Shown here in pieces: positions 17,160 to 24,590 of a stretch of DNA of 64,000 nt (its first letter is position 1; every line of letters starts with the position of its first letter). The DNA is from an uncultured Micavibrio sp. GTDB lineage: Bacteria; Pseudomonadota; Alphaproteobacteria; Micavibrionales; Micavibrionaceae. The stretch lies in contig CAYGNP010000001.1 of assembly GCA_964351365.1 (NCBI GenBank), forward strand, positions 92,572-156,571, written 5' to 3'. The translations under genes were made by a program, and so were the position numbers. The notes beneath the pieces are model-generated. The model ran no database searches. It was not told the origin of the DNA and worked only from the letters and a program-made list of their open reading frames with translations.

Positions 17160-17164
17160 GTATA

Positions 17165-17800
17165 TTAATGGGCGTAATTACCGCTGAGCTTTATGAGTTC
17201 GGCCTCAATTGATTTGCACTTTTCGTCCTTGTTCATGCAAATCACGGCACTCACCGCCAGTTGGTACATGTTTAAATCTGGAGGAACCTCAGTTTGCTCA
17301 GTTGTATCCGAGATATGGTTTATACATTCAGTGAGTGCGCTTTTCATGGCATATGCAGGAACATCAATTTCTGCAGCCGCCGTTGCGGCGGCACAATGCT
17401 GCTTTAGAGGCTCCAGAGCATCTCCATGCCCTGCTTTTTCAAGCCTATCTGAATAGTCGGTTGCCATTGTATGTGATAAAACAGCAAGTGATTGAAGGCA
17501 CGGCTTTTCTTCCCAAATATTAGGGCAATTCTGGGAAATTTTTAGCATAAATGGCAAAGCAGAAAGGTCGAACTGTTTAGAGTCCTCTTTTACTGATTTT
17601 TCCAAATCCTGTTTTGATGGCGGATCTTTGCGGTCTTTATACCCTTGGTTCCATATAGATTTTCTTTTAGGCTCTTGATCTTTAATATTTTCTTGTGTGG
17701 ACTTGGTATCGGGCGATGATAAATCTTGGGCACAAAGTGGGTGCTGGAATGAAAACAATGTTGTCATTAGGAGTAGAAAGTTCACAGCTATCTTTGGCAT
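17165..17800 (-). CDS. Hypothetical secreted Cys-containing protein
   Basis: ORF 17165..17869. The start chosen is ATG 17800, preceded by AGAGGA (MPKIAVNFLLLMTTLFSFQHPLCAQD, signal peptide). I recognise no family. Confidence 0.6.
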   Translation of the reverse strand: MPKIAVNFLLLMTTLFSFQHPLCAQDLSSPDTKSTQENIKDQEPKRKSIWNQGYKDRKDPPSKQDLEKSVKEDSKQFDLSALPFMLKISQNCPNIWEEKPCLQSLAVLSHTMATDYSDRLEKAGHGDALEPLKQHCAAATAAAEIDVPAYAMKSALTECINHISDTTEQTEVPPDLNMYQLAVSAVICMNKDEKCKSIEAELIKLSGNYAH

Positions 17801-17871
17801 TTTAAATCCTCTTGGAGCATTGACATTCGCATAGCAAATATGTGACTGATAGATGAAGGATAGTAGCACGC

Positions 17872-18042
17872 ATGGATAATGTAAAAGAAGAAAAAAAAAT
17901 ATTTAGCGTATTGCGTTCATTTCGCTTTAAGAAACCTGTTGGCCGCGTTTTTTGGGTTTGGGTCGGGTATCAGGCCATCAAGGGGACTTTAACCCTTAGT
18001 TTCATCTGGATACCGCTTTTTTACGTTTGGTGGGTTTCATAA
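17872..18042 (+). CDS. Candidate small membrane protein (56 aa) coupled to the FNT gene
   Basis: Below the ORF-track cutoff. Translation is MDNVKEEKKIFSVLRSFRFKKPVGRVFWVWVGYQAIKGTLTLSFIWIPLFYVWWVS. Its stop TAA at 18040..18042 is 1 nt before the ATG at 18044 of the FNT gene. Confidence 0.4.
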   Translation: MDNVKEEKKIFSVLRSFRFKKPVGRVFWVWVGYQAIKGTLTLSFIWIPLFYVWWVS

Positions 18043-18043
18043 A

Positions 18044-18832
18044 ATGAGCAATGGCGCAGATGATATTGATAAAAAGATGCGCCTGGCATCTCCGACGATT
18101 TATGAAATTATATCCAGTGAAGGTGAGGAGGAGCTTGCGCGGCCCCTGCACTCTTTAGGATGGTCGGGGTTTGTTGCGGGTCTGTGTATCAGTTTCTCGC
18201 TGTTTTGTGAGGGGTATCTGCGTTATAATCTGCCGGAGAGTGCGCATAATTTCCTCATTGAGAATATTGGTTATACCTTCGGGTTTGTCATTGTTATCAT
18301 GGCGCGCCTGCAGTTATTTACCGAAAACACGATTACTGTGGTTCTTCCGGTTTTTGAAAAGCGCACAAGCCGCAATTTCAATAAAATGATTACGCTATGG
18401 GGCGTTGTGATGCTTACGAACTTTATGGGAACCTTTGTTGCAGCGCTTTTGGTTACAAAGCTCAGCTTTGTAACACCTGAGCAGCTCGCGGTATTTACGG
18501 AGATATCGCGTCATGCCGTTGTTCAGGATTTTTCGTATGTGTTTCAGATGGCTATACCGGCGGGTTTTCTCATTGCCTGCCTTGTCTGGATGCTGCCCAG
18601 CAGCCGTGGGAGTGAGATCTGGGTGATTATGCTCATGACCTATATTATTGCAATCGGGGATTTTGCGCATATCGTCGCAGGCTCTGCCGAGGCCTTTATG
18701 CTGATTTTACAAGGGCAGATAGGGTTTGCGCAATGTTTGGGTTATCTTGCGGCGGCGGCGGCGGGCAATATCGTCGGGGGCACATTCCTGTTCGCCCTTT
18801 TTGCCTATAATCAGGTAAAAAACGAGCGCTAG
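18044..18832 (+). CDS. Formate/nitrite transporter (FNT) family channel
   Basis: 262 aa, six TM. It carries the RLQLFTENT motif characteristic of FNT proteins and aligns in outline to FocA/NirC/YfdC-like proteins. Confidence 0.85.
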   Translation: MSNGADDIDKKMRLASPTIYEIISSEGEEELARPLHSLGWSGFVAGLCISFSLFCEGYLRYNLPESAHNFLIENIGYTFGFVIVIMARLQLFTENTITVVLPVFEKRTSRNFNKMITLWGVVMLTNFMGTFVAALLVTKLSFVTPEQLAVFTEISRHAVVQDFSYVFQMAIPAGFLIACLVWMLPSSRGSEIWVIMLMTYIIAIGDFAHIVAGSAEAFMLILQGQIGFAQCLGYLAAAAAGNIVGGTFLFALFAYNQVKNER

Positions 18833-18995
18833 AGATTTTTCTTTTGCAATTTTGGAAAAATTGATATACTTACTCCTAACGCACGTGTCTCTGGCCGATC
18901 TCTTTTGATCTTATGGTTATGCAACGGCGTAAACAATTTTGGACCGGGGCGGATGTCATAAATCCCAACCTTAGAGATTTGAAAGGGTTTACGTT

Positions 18996-19127
18996 ATGAA
19001 ACGTAATGTTGCTACTGGCTGGGGACAAAATAATCCCCACATTGTATTGAAATCATCGTTGATGTCTCTGGCCTGTATAGGCAGAGCACACGGGGGCTCG
19101 TCCCTCACTTTGGATATCATGTTTTAA
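18996..19127 (+). CDS. Candidate leader peptide (uORF, 43 aa)
   Basis: AAGGG lies about 10 nt before ATG 18996. Translation is MKRNVATGWGQNNPHIVLKSSLMSLACIGRAHGGSSLTLDIMF. The stop at 19125..19127 lies 5 nt before the hairpin at 19133. Confidence 0.3.
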   Translation: MKRNVATGWGQNNPHIVLKSSLMSLACIGRAHGGSSLTLDIMF

Positions 19128-19132
19128 GGCAT

Positions 19133-19180
19133 CCGCGCTTGTTCGATAAAAACGGGCAAGCGCTGGTTGGTTTTTCTTAT
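19133..19180 (+). terminator. Terminator-like hairpin inside the odc leader (candidate attenuator)
   Basis: CCGCGCTTGttcgataaaaacgggCAAGCGCtGG is followed by ttggTTTTTcTTaTT. It lies about 50 nt upstream of the odc start. The U-tract is offset by a few nt, so it is not a textbook terminator. Confidence 0.4.
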
Positions 19181-19230
19181 TCCGGAAGAGCCAATCGTTT
19201 ACTTGCCTTTAAAATTTTGACCAAGGAAGG

Positions 19231-20421
19231 ATGTTCACTATGAACGCTGTTTTACCGTTTTTACAAAATAAAGCACGCAAACAAAACGTGCCCCCGTTTT
19301 TCAAAGATGTACGCGATGTCGTTGGTACTCTTAAGCCCTGCGTGCCAACTTATGTGCTTAACCCTGCGCAGATTGCGCAAACGGCTACGCATTTTATGAC
19401 GCAGTTTCCGGGCAAAACCCTGTTTGCGGTTAAAACCAATCCACACAGGGCGGTGATTGAGACCCTGGCGCGCGCAGGTATGACGGCCTTTGATGTGGCC
19501 TCTTTACCAGAAATTCAGCTTGTGCATTCGATTGCCCCGGATGCGGAGCTGTTCTTTATGCATACCGTTAAAGCGCCGGAGACGATCCGCATTGCCTATT
19601 TCGATTACGGCGTGCGTAATTTCTCGCTTGATCATGAGGACGAGCTTGCGAAAATCATAGATGCTACGGGTCATGCAGATGATTTGACCTTGTTTGTGCG
19701 TGTGGCTTTGCCGAAAAATGACAATGCCGCGATTGATTTTTCCAGCAAATTCGGCGCGCTTCCGGCTGAGGCGATTACGCTTTTGCAAAAGGTTCGTCCG
19801 CATGCCAAAAAGCTTGGCGTTTGTTTCCATGTTGGCACGCAAACCGCGGATGCGGGCTCGTATGGTAATGCGATTAACACCATCAAGGGTATTATCCGCG
19901 ATTGTGGTGTGCGTGTTGATGCGCTTGATATTGGCGGCGGGTTTCCTGTGCCGTATGAGGGCGAGGATGTGCCGAGCATTACAAGCTGCTTGAATGTCGT
20001 CAAAACAGCGCTTTACCATGCGGGGCTGGATCATCTTGAGCTGCTGGCCGAACCGGGGCGCTGCCTTGTGGCGCAAGGCGGATCGTTGATTGTGCGGGTG
20101 GAGCTGCGCAAGGGTGATTTGCTCTATATCAATGATGGCACGTATGGCGGCTTATTTGATGCTGGCTCGCAGCTGCGTACGCCCTTCCCTGTTCAGGCGC
20201 TGCGCCCGGATGGAGGATTTTCAGGTGCGCCTGAGGCGTTCCGTCTTGCGGGGCCGACCTGTGACAGCCTTGATATGATGGAGGGGCCGTTCATGCTGCC
20301 CGCCGATATCAAGACAGGCGACTGGATCGAGATCAAGAATACCGGCGCGTATAGTCAGGCTTTGCGCACGGATTTCAATGGCTTTGGTGTTTGTGAAACG
20401 GTGTTTGTTCAAAGCCACTAG
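19231..20421 (+). CDS. Ornithine (lysine/ornithine) decarboxylase, alanine-racemase-fold PLP enzyme (eukaryotic-type ODC)
   Basis: 396 aa. FAVKTNP carries the PLP lysine, DIGGGFP and EPGR are present, and the CDSLD-type C-terminal barrel is present. ATG 19240 is better spaced from AGGAAGG and may be the true start. Confidence 0.88.
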   Translation: MFTMNAVLPFLQNKARKQNVPPFFKDVRDVVGTLKPCVPTYVLNPAQIAQTATHFMTQFPGKTLFAVKTNPHRAVIETLARAGMTAFDVASLPEIQLVHSIAPDAELFFMHTVKAPETIRIAYFDYGVRNFSLDHEDELAKIIDATGHADDLTLFVRVALPKNDNAAIDFSSKFGALPAEAITLLQKVRPHAKKLGVCFHVGTQTADAGSYGNAINTIKGIIRDCGVRVDALDIGGGFPVPYEGEDVPSITSCLNVVKTALYHAGLDHLELLAEPGRCLVAQGGSLIVRVELRKGDLLYINDGTYGGLFDAGSQLRTPFPVQALRPDGGFSGAPEAFRLAGPTCDSLDMMEGPFMLPADIKTGDWIEIKNTGAYSQALRTDFNGFGVCETVFVQSH

Positions 20422-20427
20422 ATAGTT

Positions 20428-20462
20428 GGGTTCTCCCAATGTAAGGAGAACCCCTTTTTTGT
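20428..20462 (+). terminator. Intrinsic terminator after odc
   Basis: GGGTTCTCCcaatgtaaGGAGAACCC is followed by CTTTTTTGTTT, starting 7 nt after the odc stop. Confidence 0.8.
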
Positions 20463-20762
20463 TTAAAAATCAAATAAATCAAAAACTTCGGAAAAGGCGC
20501 TCTTCTTTTTTCTGTGTTTTCCTTTTTGGTATGGTTCGTCGTGGTAGCGTTCCTGGAATTTTTCCTTGTGTTGCGGAGCGATATATTGTGACATTTGCTG
20601 TTGCTCCTGGCTTACTGCATTTTGAATAGCTGCCATAATTTTTTCAAGCTCACCTTTATCAAGCCATATTCCGCCTGTCGTCGGGCATACGTCAAACTCT
20701 ACTCCGTAACGGTTAATTTGCTGCATCGGTTCGCCGCTAATGGGGGATGTTAGAAGGGGCAT
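20463..20762 (-). CDS. zf-TFIIB-like small protein with degenerate (nearly Cys-less) zinc ribbon
   Basis: 99 aa. GVEFDVCPTTGGIWLDKGELEKI and the tail KKKSAFSEVFDLFDF match the family usually written CPxC...GVxxDxCxxCxGxWLDxGELxKl...fLxelFdf. Here only one of the four Cys is retained. Confidence 0.65.
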   Translation of the reverse strand: MPLLTSPISGEPMQQINRYGVEFDVCPTTGGIWLDKGELEKIMAAIQNAVSQEQQQMSQYIAPQHKEKFQERYHDEPYQKGKHRKKKSAFSEVFDLFDF

Positions 20763-20834
20763 TGTGATCTCCTCAAATATGGATTAACGTTTATTGTCTA
20801 TACCGTACCAAAAAGGTACTGCATTTCAAGAGAA

Positions 20835-21968
20835 TTATGATAGGCGGCCTTCGAAATCTTTATAGCCGAAGGATTTGACCAGCTCGTAGCGCCCGTCTTC
20901 GTGAAGGATACCGATATCGGGCAGTGGCACGCCGTTAAAGGTCGTGTTCTTTACACATGCATATTGCATCATGTCGGTGAAGATCAGTTTTTGACCGACC
21001 TGAAGGGGCTCATCGAAGCTGTAGGTTCCGATGACATCGCCGGTCATGCAGGTGTTTCCGCCCAGAATATAGCGGTGAGGCGCGTCCTGGCGCGCGCCTA
21101 TAATCTGCGGCGTGTAGGGAACCTCCAGAACATCGGGCATATGGGTGGAGGCGGAGGCATCGAGGATTGCAAGCTTTTCTGTGTGGTTGATGATATCCAG
21201 TACTGTGGCCACCAGATATCCGCCGTTATAGACATGCGCTGCGCCCGGCTCCATGGTGATATCAAGGCCGAATTTCTCCCGCAGCTCGATGAGGGCTTTG
21301 ATCAGTAATTCGCGGTCATAATCCGGGTGGCTGTAATAGTGCCCGCCGCCAAGATTAACGCGCTTGACGGTGTCCAAGGCAAAGCCGAATTCATGGGAGA
21401 TATAGTGAATGAGGCGCACCGAATCATGCGCGAGGTTTTCGCAAAGATTATGAAAGTGGAGCAGATCAACTTGCTCCAGAACCTCCGGCGTAAGCTCTTC
21501 CTTATATACGCCAAAGCGGGAAGACGGGGCGCTCGGGTCGTAGAGGGCGGAGTTTTTGACCAGCGAGAGCTGCGGGTTTACACGCAGGCCAATCACGGCG
21601 TCTTTATGGCTGGCGCGCACAAGGGGGGCGAAGCGCCGGAGCTGCTCCACCGAGTTGAAATAGATGTGATGCGAATATTTGAGGATTTCTTTCAAATCGC
21701 TTTCAGTATAGGCGGGAGAATAGGTGTGAACCTCTTTGCCGAAATGGGTCTTGCCCAGCCGTGCCTCATACAGGCCGCTCGCGGTGGTGCCGTCCAAATA
21801 ATCCGCCATCATGGGGAAGACGGAGAATTGTGAGAAGGCCTTGGTGGCGAGCAGAATGTTCACCCCTGCCCGCTTTTTGATCTCTGCCGCTTTCTCGAGG
21901 TTGCGCTTGATTGCAATGATGTCGGCGACGTAAGCGGGGGTGGTGATGGATTTTAAGACTTCTTTCAT
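20835..21968 (-). CDS. nspC: Carboxynorspermidine/carboxyspermidine decarboxylase
   Basis: 377 aa. TPAYVADI at the N-terminus, LLATKAF (PLP Lys), NLGGGHY and the overall length match CANSDC. Confidence 0.88.
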   Translation of the reverse strand: MKEVLKSITTPAYVADIIAIKRNLEKAAEIKKRAGVNILLATKAFSQFSVFPMMADYLDGTTASGLYEARLGKTHFGKEVHTYSPAYTESDLKEILKYSHHIYFNSVEQLRRFAPLVRASHKDAVIGLRVNPQLSLVKNSALYDPSAPSSRFGVYKEELTPEVLEQVDLLHFHNLCENLAHDSVRLIHYISHEFGFALDTVKRVNLGGGHYYSHPDYDRELLIKALIELREKFGLDITMEPGAAHVYNGGYLVATVLDIINHTEKLAILDASASTHMPDVLEVPYTPQIIGARQDAPHRYILGGNTCMTGDVIGTYSFDEPLQVGQKLIFTDMMQYACVKNTTFNGVPLPDIGILHEDGRYELVKSFGYKDFEGRLS

Positions 21969-22348
21969 TCCTTTATGCTTTCCTGATCCTTCGCTTTGCT
22001 CAGGATGACATTCCCTGTAGCGTCATTCTGAGGCGTAGCCGAAGAATCTATGGGAAATTGATAATTACATTGCGATAAATCTATCCAATCAGGATTTACA
22101 CATTGTATGAGCATATCCTTCTTTTTCCTTATCCAGCCTTTAATTGCCTTTTCTCTTTTTATTGCATTTTCGGAATCTGAATATATTTCAAAATATACAA
22201 GTTTGTGACAATTGTATTTTTTCGTAAAACCTTGATGCGTTCCGCTCTTATGTTCAAGAACACGTTTTTCAAGATTACTGCTGACGCCCGTATAAAGAGC
22301 AGTATTTTTAAAATTTGTCATTAAATACACGTAGTAGCTTTTATTCAT
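21965..22348 (-). CDS. GIY-YIG nuclease family protein (UPF0213/YhbQ-like) with a C-terminal tail encoded by the palindromic repeat
   Basis: 127 aa. YYVYLMTNFKNTALYTGVSSNLEKRVLEHK is the GIY-YIG core. The last roughly 30 aa (PIDSSATPQNDATGNVILSKAKDQESIKE) are translated from repeat copies at 21985..22048. The stop overlaps the nspC start (ATGA). Confidence 0.85.
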   Translation of the reverse strand: MNKSYYVYLMTNFKNTALYTGVSSNLEKRVLEHKSGTHQGFTKKYNCHKLVYFEIYSDSENAIKREKAIKGWIRKKKDMLIQCVNPDWIDLSQCNYQFPIDSSATPQNDATGNVILSKAKDQESIKE

Positions 22349-22377
22349 TTAGATTCTTCGCTTTGCTCAGAATGACA
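21985..22377 (-). mobile_element. Candidate repeat-flanked GIY-YIG cassette inserted between two polyamine genes
   Basis: GTCATTCTGAGGCGTAGCCGAAGAATC (22022..22048) and GATTCTTCGCTTTGCTCAGAATGACA (22352..22377) are inverted copies flanking exactly the 100-codon GIY-YIG core. An extra half element, GATCCTTCGCTTTGCTCAGGATGACA, lies at 21985..22010. Without 21985..22377, the spacer between the CANSDH stop and the nspC start would be about 26 nt. Confidence 0.55.
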
Positions 22378-22387
22378 ATTAAAGACA

Positions 22388-23632
22388 TCAAGCCGCTTTC
22401 TTCTCATATTTCGCGCGGCGTTCGGTGAGCTCGCCCAGGCCAGCGGGGAGTTCTTTCACGTGCCAAGGCAGGCCCTGTTTTGCGACTTCTTCCATAAAGG
22501 GGTTCGGGTCGAGCTGCTCGACGTTCCATACGCCTGGCTCCTTGCCCCATAGCCCTTTGGCCATCATGATTGCACCCGTTACGGGGGGCACGCCGGTGGT
22601 GTAGGAGACGGCCTGCGCGCCGACTTCTGCGTGGGTTTTGGCGTGGTCGCAGACATTGTAGATGAGAACGGTTTTTTCTTTGCCGTCCTTGAGCCCTGTA
22701 ATCACGCAGCCAATGGATGTTTTGCCGGTGTAGCCATCGGCGAGAGAGGATGGCTCTGGCAGCAAGGTTTTGAGGAACTGGATCGGCACGATCTCGACGC
22801 CGTTATGCACCACGGGATCAATGCGGGTCATGCCGATATTCTGCAGCACTTCCATATGTTTGATATATTCATCGCCAAAGGTCATCCAGAAGCGGATGCG
22901 TTTCAGGCCCTTGATGTTTTGCACGAGGCTTTCCAGCTCTTCGTGGTAGAGGAGATAGCTCGCCTTCTCGCCTACTTCGGGGTAGTCGATCATCTTGCGG
23001 AATTCGAGCGGCTCGGTTTCGATCCACTTGCCATTTTCCCAATATTTGCCTTTCTGCGTCACTTCGCGCAGGTTGATCTCTGGGTTGAAATTCGTGGCAA
23101 AGGCCTGTCCGTGATCGCCCGCGTTGCAGTCGATAATGTCGATATAATGGATTTCATCGAACAGGTTTTTCTGGGCGTAGGCGCAGTAGATGTTCGTCTG
23201 GCCCGGATCAAAGCCGCAGCCCAGAATCGCGGTAATGCCCGCTTTCTTGAAGCGATCCTGATAGGCCCATTGCCAGTGATATTCGAATTTTGCAACGTCG
23301 ATTGGCTCGTAATTTGCGGTGTCCATATAATTGGTATTGGTTTCCAGGCAGGCGTCCATGATGGCCAGATCCTGATAAGGCAGCGCCATATTGATAACCA
23401 GATCGGGCTTAAGCTTGTTGATGAGCGCCACCGTATCGGCGACGTTATCCGCATCAAGGGCGGAGATAGTTATATCAACGCCAAATCTTTTTTTGATGTC
23501 TTTTTGGATGGCTTCGCATTTTGAGACCGTGCGGCTGGCGAGGTGAATTTTTGTGAAAATATCCTTATTCATGGCGCATTTTTTTGCGACCACGCTGCCT
23601 GCTCCGCCGGCGCCGATAATCAATATGTTCAT
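22388..23632 (-). CDS. Carboxynorspermidine/carboxyspermidine dehydrogenase (saccharopine dehydrogenase family)
   Basis: 414 aa. The MNILIIGAGGAGSVVAKK Rossmann N-terminus and IHLASRT are present, and the overall length is typical of CANSDH. It sits adjacent to nspC. Confidence 0.88.
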   Translation of the reverse strand: MNILIIGAGGAGSVVAKKCAMNKDIFTKIHLASRTVSKCEAIQKDIKKRFGVDITISALDADNVADTVALINKLKPDLVINMALPYQDLAIMDACLETNTNYMDTANYEPIDVAKFEYHWQWAYQDRFKKAGITAILGCGFDPGQTNIYCAYAQKNLFDEIHYIDIIDCNAGDHGQAFATNFNPEINLREVTQKGKYWENGKWIETEPLEFRKMIDYPEVGEKASYLLYHEELESLVQNIKGLKRIRFWMTFGDEYIKHMEVLQNIGMTRIDPVVHNGVEIVPIQFLKTLLPEPSSLADGYTGKTSIGCVITGLKDGKEKTVLIYNVCDHAKTHAEVGAQAVSYTTGVPPVTGAIMMAKGLWGKEPGVWNVEQLDPNPFMEEVAKQGLPWHVKELPAGLGELTERRAKYEKKAA

Positions 23633-23703
23633 AAGCCTGTCCTTTCGTTTTCGTGCCCCCTTTATAGAGTTGAAATGCCCTAAAAATCAAGTATAAGAAG
23701 AGA

Positions 23704-24588
23704 ATGATGGATTTTATGGAAGCAAAAGACAGTTTTATGCGCCAGTGCGCCGATGATGCGCGCGCGGTGATTATCCCCTTTGGGCTGGAGGCCAGCGTGA
23801 GCTATGAAGGCGGCACGAAAAAAGGGCCGAAGGCGATATTGGATGCCTCGCCGGAGCTGGAATATTTTGACGAGGTGTTCTGGCGTGAGTGTTTTCGTGA
23901 TTACGGCATCGCGACCCTTAAAGAGCCGAAGATTGAGAAGGATTTACCCGCCGCGCTCAGTCAGTTAGAGGCGATTGTTGCGGGGGTTCTTGAGGCGGGG
24001 AAATTTCCGCTTGTGATTGGGGGGGAACATTCCCTGACTGCCGGTGCGATACGGCCCTTTGTGAAACGCCACGAGCAGTTAACAATCTTGCAGTTTGATG
24101 CGCATGCGGATTTGCGCGATGGCTATGAGGGTGAGCATTTCTCTCATGCGGCGGCGATGCGCCGGTGCTTGGATCATGATAATGTGCGCCTGGTGAGTGT
24201 GGGCATTCGCAATATTTCGGCGGAGGAAATTCCGTTTTTGGCCACCGATTCGAATCGTATTGATATCTTTTGGATGAAAGACAGAAAAGTCTGGGATATC
24301 AACGATGTAGCGAGCGCTGTTGGCACGGGGCCTGTTTATATCACTTTTGATGTGGACGGGTTTGACAGCAGCCTGATGCCTGCCACCGGTACGCCGGAGC
24401 CGGGCGGCCTGTTTTGGAATGAGGTCATGGATATGCTGGATCTGGTTTCGCAAAATGCACAGATTGTTGGTGCGGATGTGGTGGAGCTTGCGCCGCGTAA
24501 GGGGCTGCATGCGTGTGATTTTGTCGCGGCGAAATTGTGCTATAAAATTATGAATTATGCGTTTAGAGCGCGTGTTCAAGCGTTCTAA
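23704..24588 (+). CDS. speB: Agmatinase / ureohydrolase family
   Basis: 294 aa. GGEHS, QFDAHADLRD and ITFDVDGFD are the Mn-binding motifs of the arginase/agmatinase fold. The substrate call comes from the polyamine context. Confidence 0.8.
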   Translation: MMDFMEAKDSFMRQCADDARAVIIPFGLEASVSYEGGTKKGPKAILDASPELEYFDEVFWRECFRDYGIATLKEPKIEKDLPAALSQLEAIVAGVLEAGKFPLVIGGEHSLTAGAIRPFVKRHEQLTILQFDAHADLRDGYEGEHFSHAAAMRRCLDHDNVRLVSVGIRNISAEEIPFLATDSNRIDIFWMKDRKVWDINDVASAVGTGPVYITFDVDGFDSSLMPATGTPEPGGLFWNEVMDMLDLVSQNAQIVGADVVELAPRKGLHACDFVAAKLCYKIMNYAFRARVQAF

Positions 24589-24590
24589 TT

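Larger units (their letters stand above)
18880..19230 (+). promoter_or_regulatory. Long structured 5' leader of the ornithine decarboxylase gene (candidate speF-type leader or uORF attenuator)
   Basis: A roughly 390-nt non-coding gap precedes odc. Hairpins are GGGGAcaaaataaTCCCC (19021..19038) and CTCTGGCCtgtataGGCAGAG (19066..19086). The 11-nt direct repeat TGTCTCTGGCC occurs at 18886 and 19063. There is a uORF and a terminator-like hairpin (listed separately). Confidence 0.5.

Noticed and set aside
22631-23524. 297-aa plus-strand ORF
   Set aside because: It is entirely antisense to the well-supported CANSDH gene. The sequence is low-complexity (rich in F/D/I/A/G) and resembles no family. 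This is a typical shadow ORF.
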